DNA from: Neoconidiobolus thromboides FSU 785
Lineage: Eukaryota > Fungi > Entomophthoromycota
Reading direction: 5' to 3'
Length of the DNA: 64,000 nucleotides
Assembly: GCA_025603075.1 (NCBI GenBank)
Contig: MU626313.1
Span: forward strand, 1-64,000
Of this stretch, positions 12,182-25,645 are shown in pieces. Numbering within the stretch: position 1 is the stretch's first letter; every line of letters starts with the position of its first letter. The position numbers and the translations under genes were made by a program. Below the pieces are notes generated by a model, which saw only the letters and a list, made by a program, of their open reading frames with translations, was not told where the DNA came from and made no database searches.

Positions 12182-12499
12182 TTTATTGAATAAAAGAGAA
12201 ATATTTTTTAATTAATTTTTATTAAAGTAGGATTTGAAAAACCTCTAAAATTAGGTTTGATTGGTTAAATTGAAGTTTATTCAAAACTGGCATTGGTTTT
12301 ATAATGATACCCCAAATAGAACTTTAATTCTTATTGTTTATAATAGTCAAGTATTTAGATTACTGATACTTTTATAAAGTGAAGTAAAAAAGTAAATAAA
12401 AACATACAATAAAGCTTTTAGAGATTGAAGTGTATTTTTATAATTTTTTGAAATCTTTTCAGTATACCTTAAAAGATATTAATACTACAGTCAGAGTAT

Positions 12500-12598
12500 G
12501 AGGATGTATTTTTGTGTTTAAGAATTTTACTAACAAATTTTCTGCTTAAATAGTGCTTAAAAAATGGAAAAAATAATGAAGTCAAAAAAAACACTCCC
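12500..12598 (+). mobile_element. ~98-bp MITE
   Basis: Near-consensus copy; flanks GTAT/ATAT. Confidence 0.9.
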
Positions 12599-15070
12599 AT
12601 ATAAATAGCTACATATGTTATCATTTGAATTATTCTATTTGATACTTTTATAAATATAAATACAACCCCCCTTTGCCATTAAAAGTAGGGCTGTAAATAT
12701 CTTGTTATATACAACTATTTAGAACAGTTCAATGGACTATACTTTTAATACTTCACATTAAATTAATAAAACTTTATTATTAAATTAGATGAGTTTTAAA
12801 TTTTCAATCAACTTATATTAATTTGGATTAGTTGATTAATTGAAAATATAATAACTTCTCGTTATTAGCAAACGCATTTTCGCTTAATTTTTTAATAAAA
12901 TCCTTTTTATTTATTACAGTATTTTTTTCAAAAAGTAATCTCCATATAATACAATGTATTAGATATCCGATTTACTCTTCAATTATCTAGTTTTACCACC
13001 TTTAATATTATTTCCAATATCAAAATAAAATATTATAAATGATTGTCACAAAACTTACCATATTACATGTCTGGGTTTCGTTACACGAAATATAACTTCT
13101 CAGATTAAAAGCTGACACAATGGAATTAGATTATACCCCCAAAGTATAGTTTTCTTTTCCTACATCATTTGCCTCTTTTTCCGTTTTCTTTTGTTATTCA
13201 ATTTTTTTGTAACTTCAATTTCTGCTAACAGCAAACCACTCGGGAGCTTTGGCCATTTAAGCTTTAAATACATGATAAAATAAAATATCTAAAAGAACTA
13301 ATTGGAAGATTCATGTTTGTAAGTCGCAAGGGATTTGAAGCCTTTAAGCTCAGTAACGCACTAAGTGGAGAGTTAATATAAGGTAAAGTAAGGTAAGATC
13401 AATATTTGGCCAATAGAAGTGGAGACTTTTAAAACCTTCCTAAACAAACATAAGATAGATAGTATAATTTGAATTAAATTAACTATATTAATGTAACTAA
13501 TAAAGGCTAAGAGTATAATTCCTTTTAGGAAGTAATTGAAAAAAATTCTCAATGAAGAGAAATTTTAGAGGAAAAGATTCAATCACTTATGTACCTTTTA
13601 TAAGTAAAAAATGCGTTAATTACCTATATTTTATGTTCATATCTAATATATATCATCAAAATTAGTAATGACCTTAGTATTAGTCTTTTTTACATCATTT
13701 TCCAAAACGCATTTAAATTACATTGAACCTCATTCAACCATAGTATTAGATTTCGGAGAGTAGGCGATCTAATTAGTAGCCTTGACAGTACCTAGTATTG
13801 TCAGCCTTAGTATTGTTTACAATATTAAACTAAAATACTATAAAGGAATTAGTAGCAAGAAACTAATATCCCAGATACTAAACACATAAAATCGTGCCGA
13901 TCGATACAAGAAAAATAAGTACTAATTTTTGTGATATAAAGTAGGAGGTGTTCAAGCTCAAAGGGTTGCTAGCACAAAGATATCAGATTTTAATATATTG
14001 AGGTAAAAATGATACAAATGCTCGAATTCGTTGTATACTCAAAGTTGTTGGTAATCTATATAACGAAAAAATGAGATAAATCAAATAACTTAGAGATTTT
14101 AATTTCTATACTAATTCTTTTATCGACTATGAAATAAAGCATATTTGCAGACAATACAAGAGTTGGACCTTTTAGTACACAATTTTCATAGCGGAGATTT
14201 TATCAAGCTTTTTAGAGGTAGTGAACAATGAATAGGAAGATATCATAGAAGCGGATTCAAATATATATTTATTGGTCCATAGATTAAGTAAAAGCTCAAA
14301 TACATAAATTGGTATACTATGTACATAAATGTTATACTTATGGCACTCGTTTTAATGTAAAGTTCTTTATCTAAGTCAAGCGAACAATTAGTGGTTATAA
14401 ATTTATATGGGAGCGTCTTTTCTAATTTTTTTATACATATTTTATGTAACGTAAACTTATAAAGCGTTGCTAGTTGTAATAAAATAAAAAGATATCTTAG
14501 CATATTCGTTTTTGTAAAGTACACAATTATCGAAAATCTCAATACTTTACATGTTCTAAGATTTGTATATCTTTTCTATTTTACCGCTTTGTTATTTCAT
14601 AGCTCTTAAGAACATGTTTGGTTTCTCAACTTAGAACCTTATTTTAAAAGCTAGGTGATATGTTATAACTTTTGAGGAAATTAAGTTTATTTCAAGACTT
14701 TTAATATTTCATACTATGTACGGTCTAAATAACAGCCCATAAAGTCTAAAAATAATATAAAATCCATAATACCTCTAAGTTATATAGTAAGTTAATATAT
14801 TTTATAAATTTGTATAGTACAAAAATAAATGAATAAGAACTAAATATTTTAAAACTTTAAACTATATAAGGAAATAGAGGCTATACTATAACTTGGTTGA
14901 ATTGATTTAGAACCAAAAAATAGAATCTTCATTAATTGGTCGATTCACTAAACAGGCTATAAAGTTGTTCCTTGTAATCTTTTGTTAAGCCACATAATTT
15001 AAAAAACTATAGGAACAACAAACTACTATATAATCCATATTATTTCATTCTTTCTCTTTTGAAGATTCAA

Positions 15071-17562
15071 ATGGATCCAAGGAAACCCCATAATCTACAC
15101 TATAATGCCTATGAAGGTAGTAGTAGCACACAAAATATACAGAGTTATCAATTACAGCGTCCTAGAAATAGTATAGTTCAAGGGCCTCAAGATAATTTTA
15201 GGACGGGCTATATAAGAGAAAAAAATATAGCGCCTTCAACTAAGAGGGAAGTGTCGACCATCAAAAATATTAATTTACTCTATGATATTAGAGAAAGAGA
15301 TTTTTATTTCAAGATTAGGAAAAGATTTAACATCAAACCTCATATCAATAACTTTTGCAAAAGATATCTAAATATGGAAGATCCAATACACTTTGAGCCA
15401 AAATTAAATGGTAAACTATTTTTAACCACAGTTGCTTATTTACATTATTTAGATACTTACAATGAGTTTCCACGTGCTTCCAGTTACTATAGAAACATAC
15501 ATAATGAAACCGCACCAAGGATAGAATACAAAGACAATTATGGGTATTCTCCAAATTATCAAAACTCCGGCCACAGTCAACACCATCAAGTGGGAAATTT
15601 CAATGACACTCCTTATGTTTATAACAAGCAACATATTCCTGCCAATGTCCCACCCAAAGACGTTGGACCGTTTAATCCACTCCCAGAGAAAAATTATAAC
15701 GCACAAGGAAATAGCCTAAATGAAAGAGCTTATAATGGTAGCGATAAGTATTATTTAAAAACGAAAGATCACATTCTTCCAAATTCTGGAGTAAAGTTTG
15801 TTGAACCGCGTCACATGCCTCATCGTCCTGAGAGTATAAGCAATGCGGAACACCATCAATCAAGACAAACCATATCAAGATTTTCAGAAAGATCTATAAG
15901 CCAAGATACTGGATACGAAAATATACAACTAAATAAATCATCAGAACAAAAGGAGTTATTTTTTAAGCCCCCTGAATTAACAAAGCCATTGACATTTAAA
16001 CCTGCCAAAAAAATGATACAGTTACCTCAGCCTCAGTATTACTTGCAATCGTTTTCTGAGAATAAAGTTAACAAACCAAATCGCTCTTCTAGTCCCAGTT
16101 GGGACAGAATTGAATCAGAACAAATGCTATATCAAAAGTCAAAGCCTAATGATACTCAGTATAATAGTAAATCTCGTCATATAATAACGCGAAGTACCAA
16201 TCCTGCTCCTTTAGCTTTAAATAGTAATGTTAGCAATGTTACCAATGTCAACAACTCAATAGAAGTCCAAACAAATAGGAGTGTTAGTAAAGGTTCAAAC
16301 TTCAAGGAAGGACTTTCTGGCAGCACCTTTTCAAAAAGTGTTAGTAAAGAAATTTCGGATAATGAAACCAGTGCTGAATCTAAAACATCACCAGCTGTAA
16401 TAAATAAGCCGAAAGATTTGAAAGTCAGAAAAACAGGCAGCGAAAGTAACAGTGAAAAAAATAACGAAGTAAACGATAATGGTAGACTGACTAATAAGAA
16501 CAAAAAATATAAAATGTCGCCAAACGAGGAAACTGATAAGAGAAGTAATTAATTTTTAATTGAAATATATTTATATGATTTTAAACCGCTTTAGATATTG
16601 AATCTGATGATTCTAAAGATGTAATTAAACAAACTAAAAATAGTGAAATTAAAGATGATTCCTTAAAAGATAGATATATTTCAATCAATTCAGCGGGGTT
16701 TGATATTGAAACAATGATTAAGAAATTTGAGGAGAGAGGTGTTCCATTGAACTTATATCGTGATACTAACGACCAAGTAATTGATTGGAGCAGACTAACT
16801 GTGCCCGAGAATGTATGGTTTGAAGCCTATGGTGAGTTCACTTGCCTTATGCTTAGTAAACATCCAAAGTTAAAAAATAAGCCACTAGTTACATTTAGTG
16901 CGATTATTCAATTAAAATGCAGGGAACACGGTATACACATAACTTTTTCGGAACTAGCTAGTTTAGTCAAATCTAGCCGTAGTGAAATAGGAACCGCATA
17001 TAAAGTAATTTCATCACTTTCTGATTTTAAAAAACCAGCAATGGTCATTTGTAATGAAGAAGAATCTTGTCTTCGTTGGTGCTCAGCATTAAATCTTCCA
17101 GCTCCAATTACTCAAGCTGTAGTTGAATTATATGCTGATGCTAAGAGGCTATCTATCGCACCTGCACGATCTGTAAATAGTATGGGAGCTGCATGTATTT
17201 GGTTTGTAATCAGCTCTTATAATAAGGCCATTAGTAAATATTCAATAAAGTTTGATAAGCCCAGATTACCTATTATTGATATCACAATTGCTTCAATCTC
17301 TGATGTGACTGGAATGGTATCTTTTACTGTACAATCTGGTGCACGTTTATTAAATCCAGTTAAAGATGAAGTTTTAAGTAACGAGAAACTTTATAAAATT
17401 ATGGATGAAATGGGGTTGCTTTATAAACCTGAAGATTTGCCTGATTTCGGGGAGTCGGAACATTTAAAGGTTCCCGAAGATTCAAAAGTTGGTTCTAGTC
17501 AAACCAGCTCTCCTAAGTCTGAAAGTCAATTAAATCCTCCTATTTTACCTTCTGAACACTAA
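15071..17562 (+). CDS. Large protein with a long low-complexity N-terminus and C-terminal TFIIB-type cyclin-fold repeats
   Basis: A 50-nt GT-AG intron (16545-16594) joins ORFs 15059-16552 and 16714-17562 in frame. Repeat 1: SAIIQLKCREHGIHITFSELASLVKSSRSEIGTAYKVI. Repeat 2: RWCSALNLP...IAPARSVNSMGAACIW. Confidence 0.7.
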
Positions 17563-18703
17563 ATCTGATATATCGAAATACGTCATTGAAAAAGAGACGT
17601 ATTTTTTATCAGTTGATACTTCATATAGTTTTTATATTTAAATCTTACTATTGACTGTAGGTTTATTTTAATAACTTTTATATATTAATAAAATACATGC
17701 TCTTAACTATTTCGACTGATTTATTTTTACTAAACTTTACATCAAACAGTATTTTAGTCAAAAGTAGGTTTTATTAGTGTTTATTTCTATGATATAATAA
17801 CCAGGGTTTTAGATAATTATAAAGATATAGATGATAAAATTAAATTTTACAAGTATACTAGAAACACTAGTTTAAGATAATATAAATAATAATTACAACT
17901 ATTCGTCATTTTAGTGCTAAATATGATTTAAATTTTAAAACGTTTTATCACTAAAAAGATTACAATTGAAATTATTATATCATTATAAAATCAATTCTTT
18001 GAAAATAATTACTTGAGCTAAAAATAAAAATAAAAATAAGAATAAAAAATAAAAAATAAAAAATAAAAAATAAAAACAAAAACAAAAAATAAAATTGATA
18101 TAACCTGTTACATAATAATATTGTGGTAATTATGAACTTGTAACTAATAAATATCACATATTAACCATCTCTGATTTAAACCATGACATAGAAAATACGA
18201 TTAGCTAATATGATATAAGATATTTAAATCAAAGCTAGAAATTTAAGAATATTAAATATTAAATTAAAATAAAATGTTTAACTATTATTTATTTCATAAC
18301 TAAATATAATCTTTAGGTAGTTAAATACTCAATTATAAGGCTAAAAGTGGAATTAAATAAACTTTACTTAAATTGTATTATTCAAATAAACATAACGCTA
18401 TTGCATAGTTTGATAAACTATATAACATCAAATCAAATACTACACAACTTAGTAATATTTTATAAACTTACAAATGATAGTCCAAAGGAATTTTGTAAAA
18501 CCTATTGCTTAAAATTTTCCTATTTATTTAAATCAAACCGTATCTCATTTTATAATATAAATCTCGGGTGTTTTTTCGTATTGTTAAACAATTTAAGCTA
18601 ATAAATATATTTATACGAATTTGTAGTAGATTTAAATTAATTTAAAATTTAACTCAAAGAGGACATTTTTCTCCTTTCTAACTAACTGTAGTAAACTTTA
18701 TAT

Positions 18704-18798
18704 GGGAATGTGTTTTTTTATCTAAGAACTTTACTAATAATCTTTCCTCTTAAATACTACTTAAAAATATGAAAGTAATGAAATCAAAAAATATCTCC
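18704..18798 (+). mobile_element. ~98-bp MITE
   Basis: TSD ATAT/ATAT; diverged copy. Confidence 0.8.
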
Positions 18799-21023
18799 AT
18801 ATGCTATGTGAGAAACTTTAAGTTTTAAAAATGGTTTAAGTGAGTAATAATAATAAAATCAAAGGCTTATGTTTGTTAATGTTCACACCTTTGGAACTCC
18901 TTTCTATTCTATTGCTTTAATAAAATATTAAAACTCATAAATTTTATATTTCATGAAGTCTATTTTAATTTCTAAACTTTATATGATACTAATATTAAGA
19001 ATCTTAGTATACTATATATTTTATATGTGAGGGAAGAAATATTGCAGAGAGATGTTGAATAAATAAGCTGTGATTCGATCTATACTAAAAGAAAACTAAG
19101 CCTAATGGTAATAATATCAAGATGATAGATCTTTTGTAAAAAGAATCATCATGTTATTTTTATCTAATCTTTAAGTCAACTTGTTTGTTCATTTTTTTAA
19201 TATTAATATTTTATTTTTATTTCAATAGATTATCACTTGATAGTCGGATTATAAAAATCAAGATTAATGTGTAAGCTAAGTCTATATATTATTTTTAATA
19301 GAAATACAGTCTATAAATAAATATTTAACCAAGAACAAAGTTTCTTATATAGAACATTTAGAAAGTTCTAACTAATAGACATATGAACAGAAGCGGTATA
19401 ATTTAATATTAACACCTGAATGGAGAGCTTTTGCTATTTACAAGATATTCAATATGAAGAGTCAACTGTGATAAACTTAACTATCAATTGATTTTAGATT
19501 TACTCTTGAGTAATTAATAAAATTGAATTGAAATTAGTACAATTTGTAATTAAATTAGCTTATTACATAATTAAAATATGCTAAAATTAGATTACCCAAG
19601 GTTAAAGTAATTAAGCTTAAATTCCTCTTAATTTTTTTAGGTTACCCAGAGATTAGTCCTAAAAAGCTAAGCGCAGCTTTTTGCATATTAGCTAAAGTTA
19701 GAAACATGTGTTATTTAAGGTTGGCTTTGGGCCTAAAATGGATTTGATGGTTAAAAATAACCCGAATGGCTTTTTCCGTTATTTTCGGGTCTATCTTTTT
19801 CCAGTTGATTTTGCATAAATCATTGCGTGATTTCATTTAAAAAATAAGAAAATCGGTAATAGATATAAAGTTTGTTGGTTTTTTGGAACATCTGACAAGA
19901 AATAGGGTTAACTAAAATTTGACAATGTTGGTTTCTCAAACAAAACATGAATATCCTCCAATAAACTTCTAAGCAATGAAAATTGGAAGTTTCTTATTTG
20001 CTTCGTATATTGAAAATAATTTTACTATTACTAAAATAAAAGATAACATTCCTTAATTGAGGATAATATTTACATTGAATTTATAATTAATTGCGTTGCA
20101 ATTTCCTGTCTTATGCATCTAGAACTTTAATCAATTTTGCATAAACTATTTCGGACTTGCAATTTTTCTATATCGGTATCGCTGTTCCGAGCCAAGGATA
20201 GGGGCAATTTCAAAAAAATCTTTAATAGATTCAATGTTTTTTTACTTTTTAAAACTTTCATTTATCATTAAAGCTTAAATAATTTGATAAAAGATATGTT
20301 ACTTCAGTTTTAATATATCTATATTAAAATCAAGTTTAAGGTATAAATTTAATAGTATTTACCTTGAAATAGACTGTGATCTTACTAAATTTAATATTAA
20401 TTTTGGTTGATTTAATTGGTTCCGATAAGGTTTACTCTTTTCAAGCTAAGTTTTTCCGCAGAACCTTCCTAAACTTTAAAAAACTTTGCACGGATTTCTA
20501 ACAATGATTGGAGAATGAAATCATTAATTTAATTTATTTATTCTAATAGTCGGGTATAATGAATAAAGTAAACTTTAGCTTAAACTGTGATATGTTCAAT
20601 TTATTACTAATAACTAAAGTATAAATAACAATGTAAAAACATATAAATATGAGTTCAAAAATCTTTATTGTAATTTAATTTTAATTTTTAATTAGATCTA
20701 CTAATATAAATCATTGATACTCTCAATTCATTCAACGGTCCAATATTTATATTCAATTGAGTAAGAAAGAGAAAATCTTCCTAATAAAGTTCACTTCTGG
20801 AAATCAATTTCTAACCACCCCAGTGATAAACTTTTATATCAAACTGAAACAAAGCATACTTCATTAATAATCTCATTAATCAACTTTCATTTTCATTCTT
20901 TGTTATTATATTCATTGACTAACTCGAAAGAAGTCTATCATTCTTATTAATCTGTATCTGATATCATAACAATAATTCTTTATAACCTCATTCCATCCTA
21001 TAACTTCTTTCAACTCTATCAAT

Positions 21024-22217
21024 ATGAGCTTCAAATTGTCTTTCAACAAAAGTCCACTCTTATCACCAACAACTACTAGCTTAGATGTAATTCCCCCTTC
21101 ACCGCTAAAGTCAAAAAACAACAATAGAGCCTCATTTCCTTCACTAGATCGTTTCAAGCTTAAAAGTTATAATTCCACTTCAACTTTTTCCACATCAGAT
21201 GAATCATCAGAAGGTACGGTTTCAAGTGTACCATCACGATTTGTTTTCAACACAGTGAATCCCAAATCAATGAAAAAGAATAAGCTTAAAGCACCACGTC
21301 TGTATCGTCCAAAGAAATATTTAAAACGTCAACCAAAAGAAGTGAGTTCTTTACCACATCAATTACAAATTTTATTTGAAAGAGGTACTACCCCACTTTC
21401 TAATAATTACCAACTCCTTAATCGTAAATTGGGAGATGGTGCTATGGGTAGCGTTTATTTAGTTCAACGTAAAAGTGATAAAAAATTATTTGCAGCAAAG
21501 TTACATACTAAAGACTCTCCCCAGTTAACACAGGCTCAATACCTTCAACAAATAGCTGATGAAGTGATAATAGCTTCTTCATTACATCATGATCATATTA
21601 TTAGTACTTTAGATTTTGTCAGCAATGGTCCAAGGTATATGACGATTATGGAATATTGCCCAACCGATTTATTCGATCTTATCAAAACTGAAAAATTCGA
21701 TACTGCCCAATTGGATACTTACTTTGTACAATTGTTACTAGGAGTTTATCATATGCATTCTCATGGTATCGCACATCGCGATCTTAAATTAGAAAATTTA
21801 TGTATTGATAAACAAGGCAAATTAAAAATTATCGATTTTGGATGTGCTAATGAGTTCCGTGGCCCATTTGAACAAAACTGTAATTCAGTAGCTGGTATTT
21901 ATGGTTCAGATCCTTATATTGCTCCAGAAGTTTGGAGTGGAAGGTCCTATGATCCTGAAAAAGCTGATTTATGGTCTATAGCTATCATCTATGTTGCTTT
22001 ACATTCTGGTATATTTTTATGGGATAAAGCTATAAAGGACGATAAGCGTTATGAAAGATTTCCTACTCATGTTGATTCTATCTTTGAAAAGTATAAGATT
22101 CCTAGCCATGCTAGATCTATACTAAAACGCTTATTAGATCCAAATCCATATACTCGTGCTAATATCCAAGAAGTCATGTGTCAAGAATGGATTCATCAAA
22201 TCTTAATTGGAATTTAG
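21024..22217 (+). CDS. Ser/Thr protein kinase, HAL5/SAT4/NPR-like family
   Basis: LGDGAMGSV, AHRDLKLEN, IIDFG, GSDPYIAPE, YDPEKADLWS; the GSxPYIAPE and YDP motifs are typical of the HAL family. Confidence 0.92.
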   Translation: MSFKLSFNKSPLLSPTTTSLDVIPPSPLKSKNNNRASFPSLDRFKLKSYNSTSTFSTSDESSEGTVSSVPSRFVFNTVNPKSMKKNKLKAPRLYRPKKYLKRQPKEVSSLPHQLQILFERGTTPLSNNYQLLNRKLGDGAMGSVYLVQRKSDKKLFAAKLHTKDSPQLTQAQYLQQIADEVIIASSLHHDHIISTLDFVSNGPRYMTIMEYCPTDLFDLIKTEKFDTAQLDTYFVQLLLGVYHMHSHGIAHRDLKLENLCIDKQGKLKIIDFGCANEFRGPFEQNCNSVAGIYGSDPYIAPEVWSGRSYDPEKADLWSIAIIYVALHSGIFLWDKAIKDDKRYERFPTHVDSIFEKYKIPSHARSILKRLLDPNPYTRANIQEVMCQEWIHQILIGI

Positions 22218-22906
22218 TTTGTTATATTATTGTTGTACTAACCCATATTGTAATTTTATATCGTTAAAGCTCCTAATTATAACTAGCTTTATACGACTAT
22301 TTATTTAAGTTCATCATATATAAATAAACATTGTTTTATAGACAATAAAAATAATAAATTTTCTGCTTTTTTTCATAACTTTTATTAATATTACAATATT
22401 GAAAATATTTAATTACTAAACAGGTTTAAAAAAATAACTTTTTATTCAACACTCTCAGGTATGTATTTTCTAAAAAAAACCGTAAATTACCTTTTCTCTC
22501 CCTATCAACTCCTATCATTAAAAAACTTCCTTTTTGTTTTCAAGGATTGTTCCTACAATCAATTTACCCTTCTTTAACCCTCTTTCTAGTTTGATTAATA
22601 AACAAACAATGTAAAAATTACCCTCAAAAAAAGTGTAGTAATTAGTAATAACCAGGATTTAGCAAAAATTAATTAGTAATAATAAAACTAATTACAGAAT
22701 GTGGAGTTCTATTCTTAAGTAGTACTTCAAGTTGTGTCTTTGTTTTAACATTTTATAAGTTTATGCCATAAAATTTATTTTTTAGTCTAAAAATAAATTA
22801 AAAAACTAACTTCATTTAACAAATGCAATGATTACAAATCTTCTATGACCTTTATAGCTGCTCATTTTAGAATAAAATTAGGTCAAATTCAGTTAAATAT
22901 AAAGCT

Positions 22907-23090
22907 AGGGTGTTTTTTTTGACTTCACTTTTTCCATTTTTTAAGTGCTATTAAGTGAAAAAATTGTAAATTTTTGAATAAAAAAAATATTACTATATGG
23001 GGATGTATTTTTTTGTTTAAGAAATTTACAATCTTTTCACTCAAATAGCGCTTGAAAAATGGAAAAAGTGAAGTCAAAAAAAACAGCCTT
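22907..23090. mobile_element. Inverted pair of MITEs (22907-22994 -, 22999-23090 +)
   Basis: Two copies separated by a single ATAT. Confidence 0.8.
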
Positions 23091-23480
23091 GTGTTTTGTA
23101 ATTTCTATAAATATTTCCTTGATCTAATTTGGTTCTATTTCTAATCACCTTTCTTACCACTTCCGATTGATTTACTTCCAGTTGGGATGTTATTGTAATC
23201 TCATTAATTTGAGATAAAGATCGAGTAATATAGTAATTTTTATTTGTCATATTGTTATGTTAATTTACATTTCCATTCAATAACATATTTTGTACATGAT
23301 GTCATATTTACATATATACTATCAATCACTTGTATAGTTACTTCATATCTATAATATTTTTCAATAACATTGATTGTCTCTTATAATATTCCCTTTAGGA
23401 TGTTGTATAGTTTTATTAAAAATCTTAAATTTAGTCTCTTCTATATCATTTAAATTACCAATTCTGCCTATTTTCAATAT

Positions 23481-23578
23481 GGGAATGTATTTTTTTGTTT
23501 AAGAATTTTACTAACAAACTTTCCACTCAAATAATGCCTAAAAATGGAAAAAGTAGTGGAGTCAAAAAAAACATCCTC
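23481..23578 (+). mobile_element. ~98-bp MITE
   Basis: Flanks ATAT/ATCT. Confidence 0.88.
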
Positions 23579-23907
23579 ATCTCGTAATTTTTTCCACTTC
23601 CCTGTCGATTGAACAATAAGAGGTGAACAATAATTAGTATTATATGCTGCTACCTACAAAGATTCGATCGGGTTTACTTTGAGATATATTTAGAAACTTT
23701 TACTTGCTTTCTCATTCTTTTCTATTAGCAATATTAATCTTTCCAGACTATTATACCCATGGATAATCTATAATTTCATAAATGTCAGTTTTGGGTTGCT
23801 AAACCAAAACTTAAGAATAATATTTCTATATAAGGAAATTTTCAAGAATAGTATAAAAATAAATTCGAAATCACAAAAATAATATTAAATTCAATTCATT
23901 TTAAACA

Positions 23908-24862
23908 ATGTCAACTTCAACAATTCCAAAAGAATACCAAAGGGTCGTAATTGCTGGAGGAACTGGTGCAATAGGTCGTAGCATCACCGAGGAGCTTTTA
24001 AAAAATAAAGACATTAGAGTAAAAATCTTAACTCGAGCCTCAAGCGGAGAAGATACCAAGAAAGAGCTAAAAGAAAAATATGTCCAAGCTGGTGGAGAGC
24101 TCGTAGAGATCGATTATAACTCTCAAAAAAGCCTCATGAAGGCGTTAGAGGGGACTGACGTAGTAATATCAGCATTAAATACTCCAGATTTTGCAGTGGT
24201 AAATAACAATTTGATTGATGCTTCTGTCAAATCAAAGGTAAAGCTCTTTATCCCATCCGAATTTGGGGGCGATATAGAAGGGTAAATTTAAATTAATACA
24301 CATAACGCAAATGATTAATTTAAATTATTTTAGAGTTGAAAACCCATTCATCTTCCCAAAACAGGCCGTTAGAAAGCACCTTGAAAGCTCTGGGCTTGAC
24401 TATATCTATTACAATAATGGATTTTTTATTGAGCATTTGTTAGTAGATTTGTTTGGTATAGATATACGCAGCCATGAAGCTAGAATTATTGGCACTGGGG
24501 ACACGAAGCTTACTGTTACTAGTATAAATGACGTTGGTAGGTTTGTTGCCCAAACATATTTCTTGCCTGAAACTAGAAATCAGTTTGTTGATATTATTGG
24601 GGAGAATACTACCATAAATAAGATACTTAAAAATATTTCTGAGATTAGTGGTAAACCATTTAAGGTTGAAAAAATCCCAATTGAAGAAGCCAATAAAGTG
24701 ATCAATGATAAAAATACTGATTCCTTTGCAGTAATTTCTTATTTGTTTGGAAGAGATATTGAGAACGGTGGTGAGTACCTCAAAGGGAATTCAAATCATA
24801 TTTTACCAAATTTTAAGTTTTTGTCAGTCAAGGAGTACGTTAAACAAGCCTTTTTTAGTTAA
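23908..24862 (+). CDS. NmrA-like / isoflavone-reductase-like NAD(P)-binding protein (1 intron)
   Basis: VVIAGGTGAIG Rossmann motif, ALEGTDVVISA, FIPSEFG, YNNGFF; a short intron joins ORFs 23908-24285 and 24311-24862. Confidence 0.9.
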
Positions 24863-25025
24863 ACGATGGCTAACTGCAAATAAAACTTCAAGGTTTAATG
24901 ATATTTTTGTCTTTTGCTATCATAAAAAATAATATAACTTTTTAATCACAAATTTTAACATGGGAACGCTTATTTTGTTTTGCTATTCTTACCATTTTTT
25001 ATTCAGTGCAAAATTAAGAAGTATT

Positions 25026-25110
25026 AGATATGTCTTTTTGGCTTCATTGTTTTATCTACTTTTTTAAGTGTCATTGAGTGGAAAATACAGTAAAATTCAT
25101 ATAAATATGT
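25026..25110 (-). mobile_element. Degraded MITE
   Basis: Partial match to the consensus (ggcttcattg...ttaagtg...gagtggaaaa...gtaaaatt). Confidence 0.6.
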
Positions 25111-25165
25111 CTGTTAACAAAAACACTGAATCAAAAAATATACGACCATATGGGATTGTCCAAAT

Positions 25166-25264
25166 GGGGGCGTTTTTTTTGACTTCATTATTTTTTCCAT
25201 TTTTTAAGCGATATTTAAGTGGAAAATTTGTTAGTAAAATTCTTAAACATAAAAATACATCCCC
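25166..25264 (-). mobile_element. ~98-bp MITE inserted in the left TIR of Sola copy B
   Basis: Perfect AAAT/AAAT TSD. Confidence 0.92.
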
Positions 25265-25475
25265 AAATTGCTTTTAGAATTTAGAAATTAATCCAAATTT
25301 TAAATTTTTAAATTTTTAAATTTGTGTCTTCAATGTAATGGTTAAATCTAAAAAGTCCAAAATTAAATATCTTTATTTAACTTATTTTAACTGTTTCCTT
25401 TTCTTAAATACTTAATTTTTCTAACTATATGCTTTATTTTATTTCTGTTAGATATATAATAAATATATAATATAT

Positions 25476-25574
25476 GGGGATGTATTTTTGTGTTTAAGAA
25501 TTTGACTAACAAATTTTCCGCTTAAATAGCGCTTAAAAAATGGAAAAAATAATGAAGTCAAAAAAAACACTCTC
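25476..25574 (+). mobile_element. ~98-bp MITE inside Sola copy B, upstream of the transposase
   Basis: Near-consensus copy; TSD ATAT/ATAT. Confidence 0.92.
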
Positions 25575-25645
25575 ATATAATTATATAATTATATAATTAT
25601 ATAAATAGAGTTATTAACTTTATTTTTTGTTGAAATAAAAATAAA

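Noticed and set aside
17975-18601. ORFs 17975-18157 and 18347-18601, and similarly 5652-5849
   Set aside because: The first is largely an (AAAAAT)n low-complexity tract, the second has no recognisable features, and 5652-5849 is antisense to Sola transposase remnants.
19600-20250. GC-richer patches with CGG/CCG motifs upstream of the kinase
   Set aside because: Could be promoter elements, but no specific site or RNA structure could be supported from sequence alone.
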